From NCBI RefSeq assembly GCF_006345805.1, contig NW_021834965.1:1-43842 (forward strand): a stretch of 43,842 nucleotides of DNA. The letters are read 5' to 3'. How positions within the stretch are numbered: the stretch's first letter is position 1; every line of letters starts with the position of its first letter. Origin of the DNA: Octopus sinensis. Lineage: Eukaryota. Under the pieces are notes generated by a model that had not been told where the DNA came from, searched no databases, and saw nothing but the letters and a program-made list of their open reading frames with translations. Shown here one piece after another: positions 11,455-24,350 of this stretch. The translations under genes and the position numbers were made by a program.

Positions 11455-14195
11455 GGAAAGTAGGCTTGTGAATCAAGTAGAATACCGAAATAGAAATCTT
11501 GAAGAGGTAAATGCTGTCAATGAAAAAATGATGAAGGAAAGACATGAATGAGCTTCAAAGAAAGTATAAGACCAAACAGAGAGGGTTACACCTTCCTAAA
11601 GAGCAGATCAGACATAAAATTATGGCGAACCAAATTCTAATATTGGCTTCAAAATTTGGCACAAGACAAGCAATTTCGGGGAAGGGAGTAAGTCAATTAC
11701 ATCGATTACCAGTGCTGAACTGATGATTATTTTATCGATCTCCGGAATGATGAACGGCAAAGTCGACCTAAGCAAGATTTGAACTCAGAACGTAGAGGCA
11801 GACGAAATGCTGCTAAGCATTTTGCCTGTTGTGCTAACGATTCTTAATTTTTTATTATCCATAAGGACATATATAGAAACGACAGCACAATGAAATCGAA
11901 TGATTTTACATGAAATGCTACAGGGGTCCTTTTAAGAATTCTAAATACATTATTAACGATTCTGCCAGTTCGCCGCCTTAAGGTAAACTCTAATACTGGA
12001 ACAAGATACCAACAAAAACTGAACCAATATCAGTAGAAACAAAGAAAAGAAATTTTGCCAGCAATTGAACAATGAGAACGAACTGCAGGAGAATGCTGTA
12101 CACATTTTTGAATGAACAACGGACATTTGTTCGAATATATGGAGCAGAGGGATTCAGCATATCAGTGAAGTTGACTGGTTACGGATGTTTAAAAGTAAAA
12201 TGGAAATCGTCTAAGGCAGAAGAGCATGAATATTAGAGAAGAGGAAGTGAACTAAGATGCTTAAAAATTAACAAATTAGAAAGATCCTGAACTCGATGGA
12301 CTCTGATTCAAATTTCTCCCAAGCATATTGAGGAAATGGAAGACCATTACGCATAACAAATAGAAGGGCTGCTTGACAGAAGGACAAAGAAAAGGGAGAA
12401 AAAGTTAGTAATTACAGGCAAATTGCGTGCTTACCTTTGCCTTGGAAATTACAAAACAGCCTCATGGTAGATGAATTATATAACTTCCTGGAGAATGAGA
12501 ATCTATAACCAGAAGATCATGAAGAAGTCAAGGAGAACTGTTGAGGTGTTGTGAGTCGAGAGCATGATGTAATGTAAGTGAAGTATGAAAAAGAAAGGAT
12601 TTAGCTGTTAGCTGATTAGACTGAACGATAGCATACGATAATGTAACAGATTGTTGGCTTTAGAGAGCTTAAGGTTCGAAGAAACAATAAGATTAGAAAC
12701 ATAATTTTAAGAAAAAGTGACCAGATTATAGGTAGTAAAATTAAAGTATAGAATTAAATCTTAAGGAAGTGTGAAAATTCAAAATAAGTTATTTGTTGGA
12801 GACTTGCTCTCTCCGTTACATTTCCTGATTGCATTAATTATTTCTATTAGCATACTGATAAAAATAGAGACTTAATAATGAGGTTGATAAAAATAAAGGG
12901 AGAAAAAAAAATCATCCACTCTATATCTTTGACTTAAAGCTATACACCAAATATGAAACATATTTAGATCTCTTTGTTGAAGAAGAAATGATCTGGGTAT
13001 ATAGATGGGGTGAATAAGTGTGCTGTTTTAATTAGGGATATAGTCCGAAATATTTAATCTGACGGTATAAAGAAACCACGAGATGATATCATTAAATTAC
13101 CGAAACAGAATGGAAGTTGCATATACTTAGAGTTGCTGCAGTCATATAATAATGGAAAGAGAAATGACAAAGTCTCCGAAGAGGACAAGAGAAGGATTTG
13201 GAAGCTGCTCAAAATCAAACCAAATGGAAGTAATGTAAAGGTTATCGAAAGGTGGGCCATATATGTGCTGCGTTTCTCTGCTCCTTTTGAAAAATGGACA
13301 GGAAATGGAAAGAATTAGGAAGCTGTTCACAATACATAATGCACAGGAAACTTAATATAATACCAACAGGATCTACTTGCCGAGAAGTAAAGGAAGCAGA
13401 GTTTTTTTTTTCTTTTTTGCAGATGACATCATCAATGCTACGATATTAGATTTCAAAAACTATGTTATGCATAATCAACGAAAATATCCGCGGCTAGAAA
13501 TATCGAAGTTATTGAAAGAGTGCGATGAATTCAACAAGAAATAGAAAGTTGAACAACAAGAAAAACAGCGGAAAAGGGAATTACGCAACCAATTCATTTA
13601 ACAGGACAAGGATACTGGACGTACAAATCACTGATTTTGACTGACAGATGAAAACTGGAAGCAAGAAACTGAATCTCTGTTTGTAGCCGCTCAGAAACAA
13701 ACCATAAAAATGAATTCAACAAAGAGGAAGATTAACAAAGCTTAGTCAGAGAGCAAAGGCAGGATGCGTGGAAAATGGGATGAAAGTATTAATTAACCAT
13801 CTAAGTGAGTGCAGTAATATAGCAACAAAGAATGTAAACCATATAGACTGTGTCGGTAAAAGAATGCCTTGAGATGCTAGCCAAGTTTGGGCATTCGATG
13901 TGATGGAAAAATATCATAAACACGAGCTTGGCGATGATGAATAATTATTACAGGATTTTATGGGATTTCTCCAAAGTGACTGATCGTCCTTCTGAAGCTA
14001 GGAGGTCAGATATGATCATTGGCGCTAGGAAAAACAGGTTATAGATTTTGCAATACCACACAATTGTAGGTGGCCACTAAAGAAATTGGAACACAAACGT
14101 ACTTGCAGTAATCGGTGCATTTGGCACAACATCCAAAGAATCGGGACACATTGCCGATCTACAGAAAAATGCCAACATGGACGTGTTTAAATGAG
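11455..14195 (+). mobile_element. Decayed R4/Dong-clade non-LTR retrotransposon (RT, zinc knuckle, restriction-like endonuclease)
   Basis: Motifs appear in order through many stops and frameshifts: ELQRKYKTKQRGL (~11550), KDKEKGEKVSNYRQIACLPLPWKL (~12380), GDLLSPLHF (~12797), DLKLY (~12931), KVSEEDKRRIWKLLKIKPNGSNVKVIERWAIYVLRFSA (~13170), LYLPRSKGSR (~13373), KQETESLFVAAQKQTI (~13659), ILWDF..TDRPSEARRSDMII (~13957), VIGAFGT...LQKNA (~14108). Confidence 0.9.
11630..11979 (-). mobile_element. Older family-A SINE inside the Dong LINE, split by a 109-bp insert (11845-11953) with 10-bp TSD
   Basis: Body 11630-11844 and head 11954-11979. TAACGATTCT is duplicated at 11835-11844 and 11954-11963. 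The insert starts with a degenerate tail-2. Confidence 0.75.
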
Positions 14196-15689
14196 TAGTA
14201 TACTAATTCTACCCTACAAAATTAGGAACTAGCCCTCTCACGAGCATCTACTCAACTTCGAAATGGCACACTCAATATTCGGTCGATTCTAAGCTGTGAA
14301 AGGAGACACTTCTTACGTGTTGCGGAGTTGAACTTGAAGACATCAAGTCGTAAAGCATACTTCTGTCATGTTTATATTCATGACCATGTGACGGGTGAAA
14401 CATAGCGTGATGTAACAAAATTGAATACGACAAAGTAGCATCGAATTTGCAAGAAGAAATTTTAACAAGCTAAAGAAGGTATTGACGCTACTAAGATCTC
14501 AAGAAAGTGAAACTAATTCTTATTTTTATGTCTTTCTGGTTTTGATACGGTAAACAAATATATACGGTTTACAATATCGAATACAACAAGGAGTGATCAG
14601 ATCATAGCCAAACAAAAAGAGAAGACATAAAGAAATGTAATGGAACTAATTTAAAATAAAAGCCACACTATACTATAATATATCAACTATGACCTACCAT
14701 ACAAAAGAGCAAAATTTACAATACATGTTTATTAGGAATGTGCGGTAGCGTGAGCGAAATACAATCACACTTCGCAGCACAAGGACCACGGCTGCTACAA
14801 GCGGTGTTCTTTCAAAATGTTCAGCTTCAATGGAAAGGCCAGGCATTTTATTTCCAGCACCCATTAAAGTAAAGCAAAAACATATAAGAGCTTGGTGAAC
14901 AAAAGAACAGAATGCCTAGAAGTGCTATGAGCACAATATTTAGCTATTCTATATCCAATGGCCACCAGCACCATGAAAGGATATGTGCGTATTCTAAAGG
15001 AGAAAAGAACGAGGCTGTAACAGAAAAACTAAGAACCCCAGAGTGTATAAACACAGCGAGTCCCAATACGTGTTTACCTCTTAAAAATATAAACTACACA
15101 ACAGATATTCTACACAAGCATCTCGCAATTATGTAGAAGAAACACAACATGTATTGACATTATTTCCAACACCTCACTCCCTTTTGTATACTGAAAGTAA
15201 CACAGGGCATATTCTACACAATCAACTCCTTAGGCATAACATAACATGCGCAGTACACCCACTCATCTATAGAGATGAACGCATATGTGCGTATATGTGT
15301 ATGGCTGTGTGTGTGAGACATTATAAACTCGAAACGATTCGTATTGTATTCTTAAGATTGTATTATATATTTTAATATATTTTACACATACTTACACGTT
15401 CATATACATGTATACGCATATGCATACATATATACACAAACGACTCGTAATATATCCTAGAGATTGCATTAAGTATTTCACACATGCACACACACGTACA
15501 CAGAAACATTTATACACGCTCACACAGAACAAAATAATAAGCAACAAAAATGGAAGCCAGGCGGAGTAGATTGCTTTCAAGGTCAACGCTGCTTCCTAGT
15601 TACATGCCTCTCCCCACTCCTCTCCTTTGATTTTATATTCTAATTCTATAAATATGTTTATATGTTGCGAGCTGCTTTTTAATTAGCTG

Positions 15690-16745
15690 AGCTCTATGTT
15701 TGAAATGTCAGGTATTTTTGAAATAATCTTAGTTGTTAGATAAATTGTAACATGTTTGAAACGTTGAAATATGCTTGATAATTTAGGTGTTGTAAGATGT
15801 TTGAGGTATTGTAATATATGTCTCTAATGATGTGCTGTATGTTTGATATGTTGCAATGCATGCTTTAAATGTTGTGAGATATAGCATATATCTTGATGTC
15901 TGTTTCGTATATTAAGACGTATATTTAATATGTTGTGATGTATGTTTACTAAGTTGTGACTAAATTGATATATTTTTTTCTGCTCTAGGCACAAGGCCCA
16001 TAATTTTTGGGGAGGGGCTAGTCGATTAGATTGACTCCAGTACGCAACTGGTATTTAATTTATCGACTTCGAAAGGATGAAAGGCAAAGTCGACCTCGGC
16101 AGAATTTGAACTCAGAACGTAAAGACAGACGAAATATCGCTAAGCATTTCACCCGGCGTGCTAACGTTTCTTATTTCTTTATTGCCCACAAGGAGCTACA
16201 CACAGCGGGGACAAACAAAGGCAAACAAACGGATTAAGCCGAGGTCGACTTTGCCTTTCATCCTTTTGGGCTCGATAAATTAAGTACCAGTTACGCACTG
16301 GGGTCACCATAATCGACTTAATCCGTTTGTTTGTCCTTGTTTGTCCCCTCTTTCTGTAGCCTCTTGTGGGTAGTAAAGAAATAAGAAATGTTAGCATATC
16401 GGGTAAATTGCTTAGCGGTTTATCGTCTGTCTTTGCATTCTGAGTTCAAATTCCACCGAGGTCGACCTTGCCTTACATGGTTTCGGGGTCGATAAATGAA
16501 GTACCAGTTGCGTACTGGGGTCGATCTAATTGACTGGCCCCTCCCACAAAATTTCGGGTCTTGTGCCTAGAGTATAGAGGAAAAGAATATATGTTCGCTA
16601 TATTGTGATATAGATCCGATGAATTATGGTATGCGTTCGATGTGTTGTGGTGTATATTCGATATGTTCTGATGTATGTCCGATAACTTGTGAAGTATGTT
16701 TGATATGCTATAAATGTTCAATATGTGGTGTATGAATAATATTTT
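15690..16745. repeat. Degenerate ~21-bp minisatellite (ATGTTCGATATGTTGTGATGT-like) split by a SINE cluster
   Basis: Units at 15690-15970 and 16590-16745. The minus ORF 16473-16721 shows a 7-aa period (SNILHKL SDIHQNI SNIHHNT SNAYHNS). Confidence 0.65.
15971..16590. mobile_element. Head-to-head cluster of four family-A SINE pieces
   Basis: Minus tail-1 copy 15971-16171, minus tail-2 fragment 16172-16237, plus tail-2 copy 16238-16383, plus tail-1 copy 16384-16590. Confidence 0.9.
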
Positions 16746-17049
16746 GAGAGTTCTTCGATTTATTATTCTTCTGACGACGAGATGTCAGAAGCAGCAGAAA
16801 ATCGGGGAAAATGCTATGACATATGAGCTCCGGCTCATTACGGTTTTGTGTTCAATTCATTTGAAGTTAAGAAATCCTCTTTACAATAACGGAGATGCGG
16901 TTTCAATTCCACTGCGTGGCATTTTAAGCAACTATAGGCATATACAGGCGAATGCCATGTGAGTTAAGTTGACCAAAACTGTGTAGAAGCCCGTGGCATA
17001 TCTATTGTGTGTGTGTGTGTGGTGTGTGTGTGTGTGGTTGTGTGTGTAC

Positions 17050-17130
17050 AGGCGCAGGCGTGGCTGTGTACTAAGAAGCTTGCTTCCCAACCACAGATTA
17101 GACAGACGGAAACTAAAAGAAGCTTGCCCC
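17050..17130 (+). mobile_element. Family-B SINE fragments
   Basis: GCAGGCGTGGCTGTGT...AAGCTTGCTTCCCAACCACA is joined to AGACGGAAACTAAAAGAAGC. Confidence 0.6.
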
Positions 17131-17397
17131 CCCACACACATACATACAAACATATATGATCAGATCACCAACGGTTCAACTCTCAACTCATGTACACATT
17201 CACACATGTCGCTTTACAACCGGTGTTGGTTTGTTTACGTCTCCGCAACAGCATATAGCGTAACAAAAACATATAGCGTAATGATTTAAGAGTAAGTACT
17301 GGGGGGAAAAATTGTTCAATTAAACCCTTCAAGGTAATGCCCGAAGATAGCCGCAATCCAACGGCTGCACCCTCTATAAAAGTTAAACATATATTGG

Positions 17398-17558
17398 CGG
17401 AGGAGTGGCTGTGTGGTAAGTAGCTTGCTTACCAACCACATGGTTTCAGGTTCATTCTCACTGCGTGGAAACTTGGACAAGTGTCTCCTACTATAGTATC
17501 GGGCCGACCAAAGCCTTGTGAGTGGATTTGGTAGACGGAAACTGAAAGAAGTCCGTCG

Positions 17559-17598
<40 letters not shown>

Positions 17599-17830
17599 GT
17601 ATGTATGCGTGTATATGTTTGTATGTCTGTGTTTGTCTCCCCAATATCGCTTGACAACCAGTGGTGGTATGTTTACGTCCCCGTAACTTAGCGGTTCAGC
17701 AAAAGAGACCGATAGAATAAGTACTAGGCTTTCAAAGAATAAGTCCTGGGGGGTTCATTTGGTCGATTAAAGGCGGTGCTCCGGCATGGCCACAGTCAAA
17801 TAACAGAAACAAGGAAAAGAGAAAACAGAA
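17398..17830 (+). mobile_element. Full-length family-B SINE with internal (TA)n/(TG)n
   Basis: tRNA-like head, CORE-like CTTGGACAAGTGTCT block, internal microsatellite, 3' end GGCGGTGCTCCGGCATGGCCACAGTC and an AG-rich tail. Confidence 0.92.
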
Positions 17831-18329
17831 AGAGATAAGAGATAAAAGATACGGAGCTCACATCGGAAAAGAATATCAATGGGTTTGTTTTTAGATTGAT
17901 CGCCCGGTTCAAACAATTGAAAAGTGGTTTAGTCATTGATGAAATCGGTGTGAAACAAAATTAAGGATGAGATGAATATAGAAACAGAATCGGTTGAGAA
18001 TTTCGATGTAAGGGGTGGACATTCTTGGTATTTACAGCATCGGATTTAAAATACAATTACACCACGTGATTGCGAAAGACATCAATGGCGGTAGATCGAG
18101 ATTGTTACACACAAACACACATACGCAGGTACGTACACACGCAGGTACGTACACATTCGCGCACTATAGCTCCATTTCCACACACATATGAACCTACAAA
18201 ACCACCTGCTTACCCACAAACATCCGCCCACGTTACCATTACATTCTCCACACTTCAAACAGTTTCACCGATTCTTTCCAATCCATTTATCTCTTTACCT
18301 TCATCTTCTCCATTATCCTCACTTCTTCC

Positions 18330-18524
18330 TTCCTTTCCTTTTTTCATTTCCTTCCTTCCTTCCTTCCTTCCGTTACTTTCTTTCTTTCTTTCTTTCTTTC
18401 TTCTTTCTTTCTTTCTTTCTTTCTTTCTTTCCATGCTTATTTGTTTATTTGTTTCTTGTTTTCTTTTTATATACATGTTCCTACTTTTCCTGTTCACTCA
18501 TTCATGTCTCCCTCTCTCACTCAC

Positions 18525-18585
<61 letters not shown>

Positions 18586-18609
18586 TATCTATCTATCTAT
18601 ATGTGTCTG

Positions 18610-18674
<65 letters not shown>

Positions 18675-18683
18675 ATGTGTCTG

Positions 18684-18717
<34 letters not shown>

Positions 18718-18850
18718 AACCTATCAGCCTGTTTGTCTGTCTATTTGTCTGTCTATTTGTCTGTCTCTCTGTATCTCTCTCACTCTCTTTCTCTTTCTCC
18801 CTCTCTATTTATCTATCTATACACATTTCTCTATTTGTCTTTTCTCTATT
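18330..18850. repeat. (TTCC)n/(TTTC)n/(TATC)n tetranucleotide tract
   Basis: Direct reading; source of the LSIY/SFFL ORFs, including the 260-aa and 246-aa ones. Confidence 0.95.
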
Positions 18851-19299
18851 AACCCTTATAAAGTAACGCTGATTCCGTTAATACATCCCTATTTCTTCCC
18901 TTCTCTCAGTAAATACTGTGGTGTATAACACCCGTTTGCATAACACTGTTCTGATTCTATTCTTGTACTCGCTGTAGATCTTAATGCGTTTGTTATCGTT
19001 CTTATCATCAGAGTTATTATAATCGCCATTACTAATATTATGGTAAACTTCGTTCTTTTCGATTAGTATCTAAGTAATCCCATATTGATTAAACCTACAT
19101 AAAAAAGGGAGTGATCTGATTTGACTGTCCTATCCAACATTTGGAGCGAGCACTTAGGGGTAGTCCTCATCCACATTGGCTCGTTTGTATAAAACTCTCA
19201 TTCTTGTTGTTATTTTGACCTAGGTCAACATTTATGGAACTAAACTGTGAGCCACCTAAGAAAACTTACAGAATCCACTCATCTTTTGCATCGCTGGCT

Positions 19300-20410
19300 T
19301 CATATCATGTAGCAAATGATGACGTGTGATGACGGAATTCTCTCCAATACACTTTTCGTCAACTCTGGGGTGCACCAAGATCCAGTTTTATTTCAAACGG
19401 CTGTCTTTCAATACATCACAAACCTGCAACGTATCTGTTTCTTTATTGCCCGCAAGGGGCTAAACATAGAGGGGACAAACAAGGACAGACAAACGGATTA
19501 AGTCGATTACATCGACCCCAGTGCGTAACTGGTACTTAATGTATCGACCCCGAAAGGATGAAAGGCAAAGTCGACCTCGGCGGAATTTGAACTCAGAACG
19601 CAACGACAGACGCAATACCGCTAAGCATTTCGCCCGGTGTGCTAACGTTTCTGCCAGCTCGCCGCCCTTTACAAAGCTCTCCCCTACCCAGAAGAAGCGA
19701 AATCTTCATTCTACCCTAGCCTTCCAAACCCAAACGTTATAATACCCGCTCTGCAACCAAGACACAACACACCAAATCTGTATCGACGTCATGGATGAAA
19801 ACCTCGACAACATCCTCCAATATGCCAGTAATCACTTCTCATACGAACATGTCACACACGAGAACGGCCGCGAACTCTTTAAATGAACGCTGTCATTCTC
19901 ACTGACGATCGTTCTTGGTAAGCACACAACTTTAACAGCAGTGGCTGTATCAAAAACACTGAGCCTCTACACCATAACCAGAAAACAGTCCAGGCCACCG
20001 TCATACATGCTATATCTCTACAAATACTAACTGCCTCAAGTGGTGTCCACAAAGGTATGCTGCTTCTATATTTGCAACTGTGCTCCCAGTTACGCACACA
20101 CACACACACGCGCAACAACACACACACATACGCACAAAAACACGGACACTGGAGTCCTAGACGACATCCACAATAAAATCACTCGCCTCTTAGGCTTGAA
20201 ATCTCATACACTCTTCGTTTTGTTTTCCCTACAGACGTGTTCCCTCTTCTCTTTCTGTCTATTCTACAGTTCAAGGCTGAATACATCGTGTTACTTCATT
20301 TCAGACACATACGACGTACTCGGTTCTTCCTACCATGACACCTACGAATCTCTGCACAGATTATCATGCCCGAACTCCATCCCACCACCGTCAGAATATT
20401 AACCGTTTAG
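19300..20410 (+). mobile_element. Old CR1/L2-like LINE RT remnants
   Basis: DDGILSNTLFVNSGVHQDPVLFQTAVFQYITNLQ (19325-19428) and ILTASSGVHKGMLL (~20025) resemble V.SGVPQGSVLGPLLF..YINDL. GVLDDIHNKITRLL (~20150) resembles the C-terminal region. Confidence 0.55.
19437..19668 (-). mobile_element. Family-A SINE (tail-2), full length
   Basis: Reverse complement of the 10850 copy along its whole length. Confidence 0.93.
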
Positions 20411-20647
20411 AACACTTTGCTGCACATATTTCCCGTTCATCTTACAAAAGCTAACGACGTCTTTTCACACGGATGCCGCCGGGACAGCCGAAGGTTATTG
20501 GCACTACTCCTTTCTAATTGAGCCATCTTATAAAGTATTGCATTTTCGCCGTGACAATCCCCTCCTTTAAAAGTTATTTGGCATTATATTATCTGTGTTT
20601 TCTATATTAAAAACAAAAAATAATCCGTTGCAAACTGAAGGAGATTT

Positions 20648-21060
20648 AAGGCCGCGAGCTGGCAGAAACGTTAGCACACCGGGCGAAATTCTTAACGGTA
20701 TTTCGTCTGTCGTTACGTTCTGAGTTCAAATTCTGCCGAGGTCGACTTTGCCTTTCATCCTTTCGGGGTGGATTAAATAAGTACCAGTTACGCACTGGGG
20801 TCGATGTAATCGACTTAATCCGTTTGTCTGTCCTTGTTAGTCCCCTCTTTGTTTAGTCCCTTGTGGGTAGTAAAGAAATAGGTATTTCGTTTGTCTTTAC
20901 GGTCTTAGTTCAAATTCCGCCGAGGTGGACTTTGCCTTTCATCCTTTCGTAGTCATTAAATAAAGTACCAGTTGCGTACTGGGGACAATCTAATCATCTG
21001 CTCCCTCCCCCAAAATTTCGGCCCTTGTGCCTAGAGTAGAAAAAAAAGAAAAAAAATCCC
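20648..21060 (+). mobile_element. Nested family-A SINE pair with 11-bp TSD
   Basis: Head, body and tail-2 run to 20880, then GGTATTTCG...body and tail-1. GAAGGAGATTT is at 20637-20647 and 21061-21071. Confidence 0.92.
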
Positions 21061-21689
21061 GAAGGAGATTTCGGTACTATTTCTAGCAGGATGGGTAACC
21101 ATATAGAGACTCCATAACTTAGTCTTCCTAGGCATTCTCTCGTTGATGTCGATGATGGCGCTGCAGTTTTACTCCTGCTGATGCCCTTGGCGTTGTTGTT
21201 GTTGGTATTGTAACCATTTCTCCCGCTGTAGCTGTTGATACTGTTGTTGTTGCTTTTATTGTTGTTAGTCGAAGTGTTGATGTTGTTACTGTTATTTCAT
21301 TTGTTGTCGCTTAGATGCTGCTGCTGCTGGTGCTGTTGGCGTGGCTGATGTTTTCTTTCCTTGTTTTATTTTGTACTAGAAAAATTGTTACTACTGCTGT
21401 TGGTATGTTTTAATTTTTTTTACAATTCTTTTTGTTGCTGTAGCTGCCAATATTGCAGTCGTTGTGTAGCTTTTATTGTTGTTGTTGCTTTCGTTGTATT
21501 TTTTTGTTGTTGTTTGTTACTGGAGAATCATATTTTCTGTCGCCAGTGGCAACAGCCCGCTCCCTACCAAGCATCTCTTAAATTGAATTTAAATTTCATA
21601 ATCCAATATACTTTAGATTTCTTTGAAAGGTGATGGAGAAGGGGCGTTGATATACTGCGCATTTCGTGTGTCTATGTGCGCGTGAGTGC

Positions 21690-22218
21690 GTATATTCGCA
21701 CGTGCGACAATGTATATATATATATGCATGTATGTGTATGTATGTGTGTGTACGTGTGTATCAGTGATCATGTTAGAGCATGCATATATCTTCAAGTATG
21801 TGTGTCCGTATTTCCATATCTGTTTCAGCTTTAACTATACATCATGTAATGTATCTGTGTATGTATCAGCAAATTTGCATACGTGTGTGTGCATACATAT
21901 ATACACATATATGTATATACATACATGCTTACATTCATTCATACATGTATATATTTACACATGCACACGTAGGTATATGTGTATGCATGGAAACATTATT
22001 TCATTTGTAAATATTGTATGTGAATACAAAAACACATTGTATGTGCGTGTATGTATATGTATTTATATATATGAGTACATATACATGCGTATTTATTTGT
22101 ACGCATGTATATATATATATATTATATATATATATATATATATATGTACATGAATTTATATAAGTATATATATTTATGTTTATATATATAAACATAAGTA
22201 TATATATATGCATGCATG

Positions 22219-22250
<32 letters not shown>

Positions 22251-22310
22251 AACAAATATGTATATGTATATATGTGTATGTACGGATATGCATGTATATG
22301 TGTATGTCCG
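21690..22310. repeat. Degenerate (TA)n/(TG)n/(TACA)n tract
   Basis: Direct reading. Confidence 0.9.
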
Positions 22311-22580
22311 AACCACTGATGGTGGCAGCCTGCTGTGTATATATCCCACATTTGTAGGATGGTATGTGTATGAGCACTCTGTGTCTGTATATGTGTGAAT
22401 ATGTAGTTAAGTAGAAGCTAGTGTACGTGTGTCGAATTATGCGTGTTCATTAGTACGCGTCTACATATCTCCGAGAATATTAGTTTCTGCTAGTCAACGT
22501 TTGTATGTAAAAGTACGTATTTCTCCACGTTGATATTCTCATGTAGTGTGATCATATGAATGGAGGTTCGAGTTATATTG

Positions 22581-22963
22581 TATATTAGCATTATCACCCG
22601 GCGTTGCTCGAGTTTGTTTCGACCCTTTAGAATTGGAATTTTGCATTATGTAGCTTGTTATTCTCTTTAAGTGAACATTTTCCTGGTTGATATACACCGA
22701 AAAATGGCGACACAGCAGTCAAAAAATCGTAAAAAAATAGAGGTTTTCATTGAAAAAAAGAGCACCTTTTTGATGTAAATAATTTTTGGTGTGAAAATGG
22801 TCCGATTTGAATTTTTCTTCTACAGAAGGAAGAGCAGGCCTTTTTCTATCATACTTTCAATTTTGGTCAACTTGTGCCGCAGGGTTTCGGAGAAGATAGT
22901 GTTAGTTAAAGGCTACCAAACCTGCCATACACAGACAACTTCAGCTTTATATATAGAGAGATT
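22581..22963 (+). mobile_element. Helentron-associated (HINE/DINE-like) non-autonomous element
   Basis: Starts TATATTAGCATTATCACCCGGCGTTGCTCGAG and ends ACAGACAACTTCAGCTTTATATATAGAGAGAT. These resemble remembered HINE termini (TATACTAG...ACCCG.CGTTGC.CG / ACAGAC...CTTTATATATATAGAT). No coding content. Confidence 0.5.
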
Positions 22964-23199
22964 TTGGGGTAGAATTTTGCGCCTGAGATCATAGCTTCCC
23001 ACATTCCTGAGCGTGCGACCCATATCGGCACTGGATATCTAGCCCTGGCTTCTCTCTAGATTATGTCAGTAGGGTGGAGTGGGTCTGTGAGATACTATGC
23101 ATGACATATTGGTCCTAAAGGTTTATGTTGTGCAATCACCGGCGAGGCGACTTTCCGGCGCGCAATCGATTTGGAGGGCACCGCCGCAAGTATTAAAGT

Positions 23200-23334
23200 G
23201 CATACATACATACATACATACATACATATACATACATACATGCATGCATACATACATACATGCATACATACATACATGCATAGATACATACATACATACA
23301 TACATACATACATACATGCATACATACATACATG

Positions 23335-23366
<32 letters not shown>

Positions 23367-23436
23367 CATACATACATACATATATGGATACATATATACA
23401 TACATATACACGCAGGCATACACCCACGCACACATA
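23200..23436. repeat. (TACA)n tetranucleotide microsatellite
   Basis: Direct reading. Confidence 0.95.
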
Positions 23437-23898
23437 ATTCTTAATATGTGCCGCAGAGAATCGAACGAGAATATGCTAATCGCTGTTGTGTTTTGCACCA
23501 AAAGATAACAAATTCTTTTTACAACGAATGTGTATTCATAACACACTCGATTGATTCATTAGCTAGAGGGACTCTGGGCCTCTGGAATCGTTCATTAAAA
23601 GCATCTTGGACTAATGAATCTAAGAAGAACACGAGGCAAATCATCGATTTGACCTCGCTATTCACCGGACGTATGATGATTAATTATCTCTTGGTATATA
23701 TCAGCGAACATCAGAAGATAAGGTTCACTGATCAGTGACCGTCGTTCATTGCTTGTCTCCATATGTACGTCTATTTGCATTCAAACACACCCACCCACGC
23801 GCGCACACGTATTCCCAAATCTATATTAATAATCATGGCTACAAGAACTGATTGGAATTTTGACACCATTCCTTCATTAGTATTATTAGTATTTTCTC

Positions 23899-24031
23899 GA
23901 TGAGCTGGCGGTATCATTAGTGAGTCGGCCAAAATGCTTTCACGGTGGACATAGTAGGACATAATTGAACACTGCGGTCAATGTAATTACGGTACCTCTC
24001 CCAAAATTACTGACTCTATGCCAAAATTTGA

Positions 24032-24068
<37 letters not shown>
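23899..24068 (+). mobile_element. Old, internally deleted family-A SINE ending in (ATT)n
   Basis: ATGAGCTGGCGGTATCATTAG...CAAAATGCTT head; AACACTGCGGTCAATGTAATT...CCCAAAATT...GCCAAAATTTGATATT tail. Confidence 0.6.
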
Positions 24069-24281
24069 GCCTTTGCACAGTGTACTACAGTATTAGCTTT
24101 TCACTACCAGTGAACTAAGGTAATACCCCTTATTTTTCGAGCACCTTCCGGAGTATTCGAGTGATTTCCAAGCAGTGTTGTTTTCTGCAAGTTCTCCAAC
24201 CCTTATTGCAGCCCCTATTTCTTTCATGTACTTCTCAAGATTTTTACACACTGTTCCCAGGGCTCCGACAATTATTGGTAC
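24069..24281 (-). mobile_element. 3' end of a second R4/Dong LINE (5'-truncated), abutting (TAA)n
   Basis: Minus strand reads VPIIVGALGTVCKNLEKYMKEIGAAIRV, then after frameshifts QKTTLLG...ILRKVLEK*. This is the typical Dong/R4 C-terminus. A ~60-nt 3' UTR runs into (AAT)n at 24032-24068. Confidence 0.85.
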
Positions 24282-24301
24282 TACTACTACAACTACTACT
24301 A

Positions 24302-24350
<49 letters not shown>

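Noticed and set aside
18070-18928. Longest ORFs (260 and 246 aa)
   Set aside because: Largely (TTCC)n/(TTTC)n/(TATC)n repeats.
23448-23738. 96-aa non-repetitive ORF (GTG start)
   Set aside because: No recognisable motif, non-ATG start and no convincing splice sites.
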